A stretch of 64,000 nt of DNA from Lingula anatina (taxonomy: Eukaryota > Animalia > Brachiopoda), in NCBI GenBank assembly GCA_051362555.1, contig CM120640.1, forward strand, positions 35,855,967 to 35,919,966. The letters run 5' to 3'. The position numbers and the translations under genes were made by a program. This document shows, piece after piece, positions 1-14,600 of this stretch. The notes below the pieces were generated by a model. That model was not told the origin of the DNA, searched no databases, and saw only the letters and a program-made list of their open reading frames with translations. Numbering within the stretch: the first letter of the stretch is position 1; each line of letters begins with the position of its first letter.

Positions 1-57
1 ATGTTTTATCATGTATGATATGATATATAACTAAATAGTTTCTATACTTCCCCCTAG

Positions 58-3000
58 GTGGCAACCCAGCAGCATCACCCAGTCGTGCTGTGGAAATTCA
101 TGATGGAGAAAATGGTGGAATTGTTATGGATGTTCACGTCAGACCAAAAGGTGGGAAAACACATGTATCAAAGGATTATATTTTGCATTAATTGAGTCAG
201 ATAGTGGATAAAACAGAACTTTTCCTAAATGATTTTAGAAAAGTCTACCCTGCAGCTTGTTTGGCTTAATGTGTCAGTTTCAGGTGATTTGGTTCAAATG
301 TTATACTTTCTATTTAGACAGCTTACGTTTTTTCTTTTTGCAGTGCTTTGTTCCAAGATAATCACTGCATGCGTGTGATTTTATTTTCTTCACATTTTTT
401 AATTACTGTAATATGAAATTTAAAAAAATCACATGAAATAGAAATGCATTATCAGTTTGGAAGTTTAAGAGGGAGAGGGAAATGATGTTGCGTGTAAAGA
501 ACAAATTCAATATCAAGAATATACTGCAGTCAAATCTACCACTCCTAAGGTAGGTTAGATATTGACTTTGAATTCAATATCTTCGACTATTACAGGCCCA
601 ATTTTAGAGAAAAGACATAGCATTGGAGCAATGAATTTCTCAGAGAAGGACAATCTGTATACAGGTGAAAACAGGATATAGTATACATGTGAAGTGTGGT
701 AGAAAATATCTTAAGAAATGGGTCCTCATTTCATAAGTTTGTTCTTGATTTGAAATCTTCATATTTTCTTTCTGATCACTTGCTTCTTCTGTTTAAAAAT
801 CTTCAGACTTTGTATTTCAAGTTTGAATTACTGTTGATGTCTGTACCACTCTTGGTGTCTTTGAAAAGGGAAATGAAAACGCTATGCATGCTTATATGTA
901 AAACAATTTTATTGGTGTTCATGTTAAAAATATCATCGAAATCAAGGCTCATAGCAAGATTAATTACACCACCAGGAAAAATATTTAGAATAAGATTTGT
1001 TAAGAGTTGGAATGTTATACATGTGGATGTTCTGTGCATAAATCAATGTCTATATAGCATATTTGGATTTCCATGTGCTGTGTATATAATTTCCTGCCTT
1101 TCTGTTCATAAACACTGCACCTACTAATGTCAATGCACTGGACACAAAGGGCAATTACACTGTACATTAACTGTCATCTGTGGTATTCTGCACAGCTGCA
1201 CTTCATTAGCACATAATATAATTTTATAAGTATGTTATATGCATCACTCTTTTACAGCTTGGAGGAAGTTGCCATGCCAAATGCATATCTTATCCTCTGA
1301 TTTTTTTTTACCCTCCGCAACTTGGAGAATATGCAATGATTTTCCTGTTTTCACAAGAAAGATTTTATTGTAGCCAAGCACACAACTGCTATGACTAAAG
1401 CCATATACTAATTTAAAACTGTAAGACCATCACCTGGGCTAGGAAAGCTTACTTGGACATATTGTTTCCACGCAGAAGGCATGGTAGTTTTTGATGTCTC
1501 CTAATATTTAGTCTTCTTCTGTTTTTGCTTTTGATGTCCTCTAAGGTGTTGATAAATTAAAATGTTTTGTGCCTAAGTCAGACTTGTAGTACATCTCTAC
1601 TCTTTTTGTACTTTGAGAAAGGGTTTGTGACACTGAGTGAAATTTATATATCTTTTGTTTATGTATGTATGTATGTATGTATGTATGTATGTATGTATGT
1701 ATATAATATGAATTAATATTTTAATATTTTTAGCCTTGTGTACTATGCAGATTGCTTTTCCATCTATTTGCTTGATGCCTGCATATGCTAACTTATGTAT
1801 TATAATTGTGTTGTCATTTTTGTAAGAAAAGTGAAACTATCTATCATATCTACAATACTTTATTTTATGGATTAAAGTCTTCAGAATGCCAATTAGAAAG
1901 ATAAATTAATATAAACATCAAAAATAAGCTTTGTCATTTGTTTGAAATAAAAAGTTCAAAGATAACGTTTAATTTTTCACAAAAAACTAATCTCAAGCAA
2001 AAAATTTAGTTGAATTTAATTTACTTTAACATGAGTTATATTTCATTTCAAAACTGCTTGCTTTATTTATTTCAGAAAAGCAAGTTGTACCTCGTGTGCC
2101 ACTGAAGCCTATGGAGCGTGTCCATCAAGCAGTGGCCAGGCTAGAGCAAGATCAAAATGAAAGACTTTTGGCAAAAAGAAGAATTGGGCGTATCACCACT
2201 CAGAGAAGTGACAACAACTGTCACTTGCATATGAGGAGGGTGCATTTTAAGTGGCAAAGGGGCAATAAAATTGGTAAGGTTAACATTGGACAGTGGAATT
2301 TGAAAATGTATACCAGTCCACTTATTGAATATTTATATGTATCTTGAAGCAGAAAGAAATTATACTATACATATGTTTTTAATGAGTGTATTTTGGTTGT
2401 GTTTGAGTGGCTTTTAAATATTATAGTAATTTTAAGTTAAAAAGTACAAAGTTCAATATAAGCCTTTTTAGTAAACAATTATGCTTTTGTCTGACATAGT
2501 GTTACATATAATTATTGATGGACATTTTGATTTTTCAGGGGAGGGGCAATTTGGCAAAGTATATTGTGCAGTCAATATGGACAATGGAGAACTTATGGCA
2601 ATGAAAGAAGTAAGTAAAATCGAGAAAAGATCAAAGTTGTGAGCATGGTTGATGCAGATTTACCATTGCTTAAGTCCTAATATTATTTTCATTGGCATTT
2701 ATAACCATCAGGCATATTATACAGTTTAATTGAATGTTTTATATTCACTTTGCTCATATCTAATACCTTCTTCAGATTGGAATAACATGAAACTTTGTTT
2801 AATCAGATCCGTTTCCAACCCAATGACCACCAGACAATAAAGGACATAGCAGATGAGATCAGTCTGTTTGAAAGCATACAGCACCAAAGCTTGGTGAGAT
2901 ATTTTGGGGTGGAGGTTCACAGGGTAAGTTAACAAAGATCAATTCATCTTTATAATTTGTTTCTGTGCTGAATTATTCGGAGAGGGCAATTAAGTATTTT

Positions 3001-5423
3001 TTTTTTTTTTTTTTTTTTTTGCAATTTTGATTAAATATTTTTCATCAATTATCAAACTTTAGATAAACTCAGTCCAGGACCTCGTCTAGTGGGTCTATAT
3101 TATAAGAACACACAGAATGAAAATCAAATGATCTGCCTCTAGACCAGACATGGTTGGATCCTTTCCACCTGATTTTCTCAGGCTTTTTGTAGCGGCAGTT
3201 ATCAACAGAGTGAACTGATGATCCTCATAAATGATCAGAATGAGTTTATGATCCTCATAAAGACTGTCCATGATGCAAAAGTCATGGGATGGTAATGTAT
3301 ATTTTTCTTGCAGGATGAAATGGTGATCTTTATGGAATACTGTGATGAGGGCACAATAGAGGAAGCAGCAAAGATGGGTCTCACTGAACCACTCATCAGG
3401 AAGTATACCAAAGAGATTCTAGTAGCCATCAGCTTACTACATGACAATAAAATTGTACACAGGGACATTAAGGGTAAATAGACCTTGACATTTTTTATTT
3501 ATTTATGGTTTTTGAAAAAATTTGTATCAATAAAAATGTGTTTTTTTTTTCTTTTACTATGTACACAAATAATTTAAAACTCGCAGGCACCAAATTTACT
3601 GCTTCTTTTCATATTTTGGCATGTATAGTCACTGAAAGGGTATAGAATTCAAATTTGTTAAAAATAGTTTGTTAAAAAAAGTTAGCAAATATTTATAAAA
3701 CAACTTTCTTATGCAAAATTTTGAAACAAAATTTCAGTTTAGATTACTTATGGATACAAGATTTCTTGATATAAAAAAGACAAAAAAAATTTGTTCCAAA
3801 TCTGCCCTCAAGGAATATTTTGACAAGATTTTTATCAAAAAAAAATGACAAATTGTAATATTAATTAAAAATTTATTCCTACACAGGTGCCAACATTTTC
3901 TTACAATCAAAAGGACCATTGAAACTTGGAGACTTTGGGTGTTCAGTGAAATTAAAGAATCACACCACCATGCCTGGAGAAATCAACACTCTAGTGGGAA
4001 CTACAGGTAAGAACTTGCCTGAAATTATGCTAGATGTGAAATCCTTAAAGGAGAAGTTTTTAAAGGAGAAGAGAGATGAATTTTAAGGTGATAAAAAAGG
4101 ATAAAAGTGTAATGAAATAGAAAAGCAAAGATGATATTATGTGTTGCTTGAAAATGTCCCATGTGTTATAGAAGTGTAAAATTGCCAGTTGAAATAACCT
4201 TAACAAAAGGAATCAAATTTTCAGTAAGTTACAACATGAATTCTGTTTTAAAAATAGACATTTTAGGTTTTACAATTGAATAGTAAATTTTACATTTATT
4301 TATATGTGTAAAACTAAAATGTACAATTAAGGGTATCCTTTAAATAAAAAGTGTTAGCACATATGCCCATTAAATAGCGCAGTTGTTCCAAATATTTTTT
4401 ATTTTCCTCCAGCTTACATGGCTCCAGAAGTGATCACCCACAATGACCGGGAGGGCCATGGCCGTGCTGCAGATATCTGGAGCCTTGGATGTGTGGTCAT
4501 TGAGATGGCTACAGGCAAGGTAGATATTCCATCCTAATTTGGTGCAAGAGACTGACATTTAATTGGTAGAATGGTCAAGTTTTTTGTATGCATTTGCATT
4601 TTATCAGGAAATGTATTTATTAAGTTTCTAATTGATATCTTGAGCTTCAGATCCAAATCTCCTTATGTGCATGCCTATTGGGCTCTATTCTTCAGCTGTC
4701 TTTACATATATATATATATATTATGCGTCTCTTATTTGTTGCATCTGCATGGGTATTTCTCATTCATTTATGGAAGAACACACATTTTAATGTTAAAACA
4801 TACAAATATGCTTCTGTTTCAGAGACCTTGGCATGAGCTTGAGAACAACTACCAGATCATGTTCAAAGTTGGTATGGGGTGTAAACCTGCCATCCCAGAC
4901 ACCCTGAGTGAGGAGGGGAAGGATTTCCTGTCACATTGCCTGGAAATTGATCCCCGGGAAAGGTGGACTGCAAGCCAATTACTAGGACATTCCTTCACTA
5001 AGGTAGGGCTTATAAGTAAATGCATCATATAGAATCTGTTTTGTGATTATGACCAGGGGCTATGTGAATGCTTATAATATAAAAGTTAAATAGAAAAAAT
5101 ATACAGTTTGAAAATAATGACTTGGAATTATTATTTAATTATTTTTCATATAGACTGCTAAAATGTGTCATCAGAATGAGATGAACTGTGAACCTAAACA
5201 TTACCAGCAGTTTATTCCCTTTGGAATGTTGCAACATTTCTAAAAAAAAAAGGAAAGATTTGCAGCAAATGATTGTGCATTCTTCATTAATTTAACAGAA
5301 TAACAAATATAAGACATGTTTTCTTTCAAGTTTGCCTTGGATGATGAAGTTGAAGAACAAGAAAGTCATCAACCTAGGGTTTTAGCCATGCCACATGCTA
5401 TCAGTGAATCCGAGGAAGCCTGA
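58..5423 (+). CDS. MAP3K4: Mitogen-activated protein kinase kinase kinase 4 (MEKK4), 3' part; 5' exons lie before the window
   Basis: Phase-compatible GT-AG exons: 58-150, 596-664, 2076-2273, 2539-2609, 2807-2923, 3314-3473, 3887-4006, 4413-4519, 4823-5002, 5331-5423 (TGA). The spliced product has an intact STE-type kinase with MEKK4 signatures: [124 protein letters not shown]. The first two exons and the last exon are less certain. Confidence 0.93.
1660..1702. repeat. (TATG)n tetranucleotide microsatellite in a MAP3K4 intron
   Basis: About 10 TATG units read directly. Confidence 0.9.
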
Positions 5424-8400
5424 CTTGTTTATTAAAACAGCATTCAGGTTCTGAGTGCTAATTTTAGTCTAACTGATTGAACTAGCCACAGTTTAGTGCT
5501 GTTCCTTTTTATTTTGGCCAATGAAATTCACAGCTTAAATATTTAAGTGTATGTGTAACATAATGTGATTTAATTTAATAATGATTTTAATGGAATTTTT
5601 TTAGGGCTGGCAGGTGTAAGGATATGTTAATTTCTGTCTTTTAATGCTAGTCTGGATAAATCTATTATTATTGTGATACTAATAATGGATGTGAATATTT
5701 TCCATGATAAGGATGTAATTGAATTAAGAATATTGCTGGCACTGGTTGGGGGGGTTCTTTCACATATGAGTGGGAGATCACTGATGGACTGAATTGGGAA
5801 TTGTGTAATTTGTGAGCTAATAATTAGATCTTTTTGGTGCTCATTTTTGACATTTTTTATCAGCTGTTTAATGATGTGCCAAAATTAATAAACAAAACAA
5901 AATTGAACAATGGAAGTTAATGTATCATAGTAAGAATGTTAAGTCGGATTGCAAGCTAATATCTGTACTGATGTTTGCTACCCCTTCGATTTGCCGAAAA
6001 TATTTGATATTGAAGTTGTCTATAAAGATTTAATATGAAGCAAAATTTAAGATGTAGGAACAAGCTTAAATTGAAGGGAAAGGGACATAGATGTAAAATT
6101 AATCTGTTATGATTTAATCAAAAATTCCAATCTGTGGTACTTAAATTTTATATATCATTTGCATCTCAATTGTAGTCATAAAATCTGTCAATATTGATTA
6201 CATCCAGATAATCTTTACATTAATACATAATTGAATTATGGCTTGATTATGGTGAAATATAATAATTTGTTTCAACTTAATATAACAAGTATGGTCTGGT
6301 ACCAAAAGAAAAAAGAATTTTAAATCTGGACAACTGCCATGATAAAGTTTCAGTGTTCACTTTACAATGTAGCAGTTTTTAATAGTATTGTTCTGTATTA
6401 TACAGCTTTTTTCAATTTTTTTTCTATGTTAAAACAGTCATAATCATACATTTGATCATTTAAAAAACAGATTCATAATCCAATAATGACATTTTTTTAA
6501 TGCACTTATAGTTATAGACAGGCACATCCATTTTGTGACCCTGAGTTTCAGAGTCTAACAGACTTTCTCTATACCAGTATACTGGTAGCTGGAGCTGTGC
6601 AGAGGAGACTGCAGGAAACTCAGGGTGATATTGTGTTTAGGAAAAATCTGATGTGTTTAGATAAGAAGTTGGTTGTGCCCCTGGGAAACTGTTCAACAAA
6701 TGTCATTTCTGATTGTTTAACAAACGTTTCAAAATCATGGTGAAAGTGGATTTGGCATTTGCTGCCCAATTAGAGGTCAGTTAGTAAAGGAAAGACATTA
6801 AAGGGAGAATTGCATATAATATACAATTAGACATTTTTCCTTGGAGTAGGATATTTAAAAGATGTATTTGACAGAGCTGTAGATCTCTATAAGTAATGTC
6901 AGGGTCATAGGCTGCAGGTTGCCCCCCCCCCCCCACCCCCCCTCCCCCCCACCCCAGAGAATTTGAATAAAAAGGGAGGGGTGTATTCAAATATTGTTAT
7001 CATTTTCTCTTTCCATAGCCCTCAGAAGCCTTACTTTTACAAATAATCTGTTTGAAAGTATTGTAAAGTATTGTAGGCCTTTGACAGCAGGTCTCCAAGC
7101 ACTTTGTCAACCTATGGCCCTGCATGTTACAAACAGAGCATGTCATTATTGTTCAAGTTTTTATTTCTATATATACAGTTTATGTACAGAGGTGTCAGTA
7201 AAGAGAAACTACAAATTGTGATAGATCATGTGATAAACTAGGCAACTTACCTCTCTTGAAAACAATGTGTTGACCATATGGCTGGATCCCTAACACTATC
7301 TCCTCTTCAATAGCATGATACATGGAAGTGTTCACATTTTATGTGGCATACTGATTACCTTGGACATACTTCACTTTCTTTGATGGGAAATTTGAAAAAT
7401 GCTGTTGTTACCTGCAAATCTTAGCTGCAGTGAAAATCCTGTGACAAACGTGATAAGTTGTCTTCAGTTAAAAGGCCATGACCTTTGGATCCATGGTCAC
7501 TGTTGACCTTCAAGCAGTAGGAGGGATCAAGTTCACATTTTTTCAATGATTTCATGGTTATTTTTTTTAAAGTTGTGTGAAATTGAATTGTTGTTAAATT
7601 TGACACAAAAGCAATTTTAATAGATTTATTATCATGGTCATAATATTGTCATACATAATAGAGTATATCAATTTATGTCGCAGATGCATTTACTTGTTTT
7701 TCTGCACGAGATTAATTTTTAATACACTTGAAATATTTTACCCTCTTTTATCATGATGGGAGTTAAGAAAATGCTACATACACTGGTGTACATGTTATAT
7801 TGTGTGTAGTTTTATTTAAAATCATGTAAAATGTAGACAGATGCACAGTAATGAAATGAAAGTGCATGGCAGTTCAAAGCAGAAATAAGCACATTTACAA
7901 GAGTACTTTTTTCATTTCCAAAGTTTATGTGTATTTTTGTTGTAACTTTTAATTATTGTAAGATATTTCCCTTCTCAAATAAATTCTGGAAGCGAATTTT
8001 TCTTGACCACCCCCTTGATTTTGTATGATTAATCATGATGTTATCATAACTTACAAATCAATTCCTCATTTCTATTTTCATCTCTTTTAAAGATGTCTTC
8101 TACTAAGTCATTTCTACTTGATAATATATTTTTCATCTTGAAAATTATTAAAACAAATTTTTAATATTCAATGTCTGTTTATTAGCATAAGTAATAAATT
8201 TACAGATTTCTCCAATGGGTGCCATTGTGAGCGTATTCACATTTCAGTAAAATATTTAAAGACCATCTTGAACAAGTATTTCATGATAAATCTTTTTGTG
8301 TAATTGCACACGAAAAATGCCCAATTTATGACAAGTCATTTGTTTAAAGAAAGGCAAAATTCAGAATTGAGAGAAACTTAAAACACTGAGAAACTTTAAT

Positions 8401-8697
8401 AAATCACTATTTCTTTCCTGACCTGACATGAAATTCAATACAAGTTCACATATAATTTTCTTTATATCTTGTATATAGTCCATACCGAAGTGTCTGTTAA
8501 TGGGCCTTAATTTTGCCAAAGTAAATAAATAATAATAGCCGTTTAAGTTGTAGAATAATTCCAGAGTTTTGAAATGTTTTCCTCCCTTCCTGAGAAAAGT
8601 GAACGCTACAGCAGCTGTGATAGGCAACCATGGTGGTCATACTTGCATGTATGTTTGTACGAGTCTAGCTGATTGGATGAGAATATCCACTAATATT

Positions 8698-11600
8698 TTA
8701 TATCCTGAGACCAAATTGGCTAGCTAATGAGAGTGCATGGTCCAATGCATGAATATTCACTAAGAGCTTGCTGACTTGCTTGATGAGGTCCCTAGAGTTA
8801 AATATAGATAAATATATAATATAAACAGTCTCGTCCACCCTTGAAATAACACTATGCAAAGGTCATTATAATCAACTTCCTTTAACATCTACTCTTCCAA
8901 TATCAGTGCAAGGAAGAAAATTATTTTATATGCAAAGTCTTATTATACTAATCAACAACTTCCCCATCTTCTCTTCCAAAATCTGTGCCAACAAAAGATT
9001 GATAAATGTGTGTTACTCTTGAGTGCTTTCCACTGTTTCATTTCAAACACCATGTGCTCAAAACTAATATCACAATTTACATACTAAAATGCTGCTATTC
9101 TTGTCTCTCTGTACACACTGCCTCTTACCTGGTTTCCTTTTTATCACTTTCTTTCCCAGTATCTGCCTTTTTATCTAGACTATTGGCTGCATGTACTAGG
9201 AACCTACAGAGAGACTGTAGCTGTGGAAGAGTATTATCATCCTGCAGCCCACTAAACCAATCTTTGGGAAATGTGGATGTAATCTGGAAAGTAAACAAGT
9301 TGCACGTAAAGACAGACATTGTATGTTACTTTGTGTAGTTGATGAAATGTTAGTACATTGAATTTGAAAAATGACAGTCAAGCATCTTTTAAAATCCATT
9401 TATTGTTCTCATTTAAGAACATTTTTGTTGAAACCATAGGCTGTGGATCTAATTGCCAACTACTTCCCCAGTTCAACCTGTCAATTTTGACAAGTAGAAA
9501 TGTTTTTTGTTTAAAAAAAAAGAAAAGAAACGGTGTTCAGAACAAAGCAAAATCACTGCCACTGCAAAAGAGTGATCGATCACTTACCACCTGGACTTTT
9601 TCTAATGTACTGGAATTGATCTCGGAGTTGGAAAGCCCCAGCATAATATATCTATTGAGAAGACTGTCCAGGGCCATCTCTTGTAGGACACCATCATCAC
9701 AGATGCCCGACCATTTCAAAATGTTGTTTAATAACTAAAAAGGAATAAATATATCAAAACAATCATTTATATCAAATTGATTATAAATCCATAATGGTAA
9801 ATGAACATTAAACAAAACCATTCACTGTCTGAACAAAATTTCACATTAAATACCTAACAATAAATGCAAACTTTTATCAGAGATGGAATATAATGGAGTG
9901 AAGACAATTGTGAAAATATTTTATTCCTAATATCAAAAGATATTTACCTTTATACAAGTCCACATCTGTCTATTGAAAAATGCACAGGCCCCAGATTTTC
10001 TATCTTCTAAAACTCTGAAACAATTAATATTCCAACATTTTACATAAAGTGAATTCAACCATATTTATAACAAGATAATTTAAAAAAAACAATGAAAAAT
10101 AATCAAGTTAGAATTAAAATCTACCAATATAATAATCACATAAAATTCATCTCTCTCTTGTCCCCTGAGTAAAATGAACCCTCCAAAGCAACATCAATTA
10201 ACCCAGACTTACTGTTTTGGATATAGAGGCATAAATACATCATCATCCAGTGTTTTCCTCATCCTTTTCACTACTGCCTGTACCAAGGCCTGCGTATTCT
10301 TGCTATCTGATGAAAACGAGGGATAGTCTGTGGCCAGTTTCCTAACTGTTCTGACCAGGTTTGTGGTTTCTGAACTGGACATGGGGTCCCAGACATCCTC
10401 CACTAAAGCTATGGAGAAGACAATAGTTGTAACCATTACTTTTGTATGCATGATTCATCATTCTTTTTTTCCAACAACATGCAAAAGTTGATCACCTTCA
10501 CACAAGCTAGCAGTTTTACACTTTTAGACACAAACAATAATTACTTTCTAATTTTCGTTAATTATATCAATAAGAGTAGACAATAACACACATGTAAATT
10601 CCAAGGCCACATTATGCTACAAAAAGTCAACATTATTTATTTCAATACTTGGATAAACATTATGTTATACAAAACATTCAACAGTTTTTGTTCCATGTGC
10701 ACCAACTTTGCACAATATGCCATCTCTTACCTTTTATTCTAGAAAGAAGTATTTTGTCCACTATAGTGGGGAGCAGCTTTAAGTCTTGATCACTATCCTC
10801 CAGTTGTTGGCCCTCCTTGTAACCATAAAACATTAAAGTCTCGTACCACCTCATTTCTTCAAAGTCAGGACAATTAACCTGAAATTTGCAGAATATTTAA
10901 GTGTTATAAAAAAATAAAAGAATTTGTTAACCCACAACTTATACAAATTCCAGCATATAAATTTTTTCTGGATAAGATGATTTTGTTAACCAAAAATTTA
11001 ATGTATAATTTTTAGCACCTGCAATCTATTTCTATAATACAAAATATCATCTCATTTGCCTTTATAGTCCTTTTATAAAACAAGACAACTCCTAACTAAT
11101 GGTTCACAAAGTTGAGGCAAAATACATACTTGTAAAGGGTTCCATTCAATTAATTCAAGTCTGATTAAGGGGGAAAATAACTTTGGTAGACAAAGCCCTA
11201 TGTAGGCTTCATTATAAGTGTCTCCATAGAGATCCTTCCACTCTTCAAACCTGGCTTTGATCAGTTTTAGTTTACAGAACTCATCGACCACATCTTCAAA
11301 AAGTTTTTGGGACTCAGTCCGTATGCGATCTGGAAAACAATATTTCAACAAGTGATTAGACAACTGATAGAACAGACAAAGGTAGCAATATTATCTAATC
11401 CAATCAATGATCACAATATATTCAGAACAATATCAAAAGTTTGAAGAACTTACAGTTGGCTTGCATGTGGGGCTATCAATTACACTTCAATGGGACAATG
11501 TTGAAGTAAAGGCATGTACACCCATTCCAAAATTATTTGGTCTCATTCTTCACTAGTGCTCTTTTTCAATTTAACGATGTTTACAAAAATACCTATATAA

Positions 11601-14600
11601 ATACACTTCAGAGTCTAGTGTGGCTTTTCAAAAGCAATATATCAACCAACCTCTTTCTACTATAGCCTTTGTGATATCCAACTGACTTTCTTCATCATCA
11701 GAAGATAAACCTTCATGGTGATTGGCTATGTTCTGACTTTGACGAGCCCTTCTTCTTCTAGCCCTAAAAACAGTCAATTTAACTGACAGTAAAAAATATT
11801 ATAAAAAAATTAAAAACCAGTAGTTCTTTTTTGTTGTTGTTTCTCAATTAAATCATACTTTTTACTGTCTGAAATAGAATTATGCAAGATTTATCTTCCT
11901 GATACTGCTGACTCCAGGACAAAGTTTTTTAACAGTGGGGTTAGTTCCTGAAACCCCCCCCCCTCATTATTTCCCCCTAGCACCTGGTAAATCTTACCTC
12001 CTTGCCTCTCTTTCAGCAACTCTTCTTTGCCTAGCCTCTTCCACTGCTGGAACCTGGGCTGTGGAACTTTTGTCTGGAAATAAAAGGTATTTAAAGCTTT
12101 AATTTCCTTTCAAAATGTCCTACTTCCCTTAACACAGAAGTATTGGATTTTTCTAGGATGTGGTGTTTTCTGGTGTTTATAGAAATACTTCAGAATTATT
12201 AAAATAGCTTAATTTCAACTGACCATTGCAAATATTTGGCAACGAACAGTTGACCAGCTTTAAAAATACAAAACCAGGGAATGGACAAATTAATATTATT
12301 TTCAAGCAATTACTTGTAATGTATTCCTGAGACTGGTCTTTGACATCTTCTTGTCTCCTTTTCACCAATTTCTCTGCCCTTTGCTTCAAACAGTTCAGCA
12401 TGCTAGCTTCCAAAGCATTAACAGCAGGTACCTACAAGATGAAGGGTTAAAATGGTTATTTTAAGAACCAAAAGGATCCCACATGACAAAACTGATTGAA
12501 TTCATGATACCCAATGTTTATTATGCAAGATTATTAAGCAAGGTAAAATCAATTCAATCTAGTACCCATCTTTAAAACTATACAAAATCTATACTTGATA
12601 ACCATTTTAATACATAACATTCAGTAAGCATTAAATTTCAAAAAGGAAAATATTATTATGATATCTCGTTTGGTCAATAGCACTTACATTGCACAACTGA
12701 CTCTGCAGCAGCACAATACAATTTTTATTACGTTTCTAGTTCTCATCAGCCAATTCATATATTAATCATCAATGTATAATCAAGGAATGTAATTCAAGTA
12801 TCCCACTTATTAGACTAACACCCAATGAGTTCTGCTTGAACAAAGAAAATCTTCCCATTTCAATTCAGTCCTAATTGTAACAAAGAAAAATGCATGCACA
12901 TCATGTGCGTTTTAAGGTGAGTGTGCATTGTAAAGTTTAAATATAAAATGTGTTCTAAACATACTGATTAAATGACATCCGACATGAAACATTTTAGAAC
13001 TGTCTTCAATGTACATGATAGTGAAAACTTAAGCAATGGCCCCTGCTAAACCCCTACGATTTAGGATGTCACTTAGCAAATGGCCCCCACGCAACCCCTT
13101 CCCAAAGACAATGAGCCTCCCAAAAAAATAAGTCACTGAAACCCACCTTCTCATTAAGACATTCAACCAAGTCGCGAACATACCCCCTCATTTCTTGGAA
13201 GAACTTATAACGTTCTTCCAAAGCACCGATGTCTCCTTCACATTTTGTGATGGTGCTTTCACTGAACTTGATGTTGTCCTCCATTTTTTGGACATCTAAG
13301 ACACGGGCCCTGTGAACCTGCTGCAAAGATTCAAGCCTGAAAAAGCAGACACATATTAAATGACATTTGATACCAAGAAAATGTCAGCTAATACTGAATT
13401 ATCCGTTATTCCATTTATTGGTTCTATTTCTATTCATTTTTTTTATTTATTTATTTTTTAAATTCAGTAAATTCAAGTAAATGATCTCTGAAATCAATCA
13501 ATGATTTATTGTAGTGCATCTGCATGGATTTGTTTATAATATCTGACCATCTGATCCTCAATCTTACAAGTAGTGTTTTTTTTAAGAAGAAGACTGAGCA
13601 TAAAACTACGTAATTATCATGTATTCATTTTCATTTCGCTTCTTTTGACAGAAGTTTCTCAAGCCTACCAAGCCCACACATAACACACAAGAATATGTAA
13701 CATAATCTGGGTATTTCATACCTTTCCTTCAGCCTCCTTGTCACATCCCCTACAGTAATTGGGGGGAGTTCTTTGGGTGGACCCACCCGCTTATCTCCTG
13801 CTCCCACATATGTAACAGACCCGCTGAAACCTGCTGGCACCCCTGCTGGAGTTGACCCATTTATGGCTCCCTGGGCAGTGTAGGGGGAGGGAGAGGAGGA
13901 GTAGGAATCCTGCACAGCTGCTGACTGAGAGTAATACTGGTCATAGCTGTAGGAAGGCTGTTGGTTTGATTGAATCTGGAATAAGAAATGTCCCAGAAAA
14001 TTATTTTAAAGATAAAGAAAGAAAGAAAAAAAGAAGTGAAAACTAGAAAGGAATCCAAATCAGAAGTAAAACACTGAGTGTTTGAGGCAAAAATTATAAC
14101 ATAAAAAAAACAACAACTGTGTACTAACTTCATCTACAGCAGTTTTATGATGAAGATCCCTTTGATAGGTCAACAGATTAAACTGACAGATGACCCCCTC
14201 CTCCTACTTAGATATCTAACAACAAGATGAAAAGTGTGAAAAAAATGAAACATCTTATGAAATTTCCTGATAAAAAAATTTTGTTCAAATTCCAATCCTT
14301 GTGGCGGCCTTGAATGCTGGCCTAACTAACCCCACCTGTGGCAGGCTGACCCCTTTCCGTATTTGCTGTTCTTCCCATTCTCTTTCATGGTCGCTATCAT
14401 CACTACCTATAAAATGAGATAACAGTCTAATACACAGATTTCAAACGAGATCATAAACTTGATATAATTGACACTATTTTAAAATGTATTTACTGAATGT
14501 AGATGCTATATGTAATCAACTAGTTTTCAAAATTATCTAATACAATTTTCATCAACATTTATTATATGTGGTAGATCGATGATAGAGCCTTCCAATAATT

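Noticed and set aside
696-1127. 143-aa plus-strand ORF and overlapping minus-strand ORF
   Set aside because: Intronic in MAP3K4, with AT-rich codon composition and no recognisable motifs.
6922-6955. C-rich tract with G-quadruplex potential on the minus strand, in the MAP3K4 3' region
   Set aside because: Similar C/G homopolymer runs recur across the window (e.g. ~11954, 58769, 62985), with no evidence of specific function.
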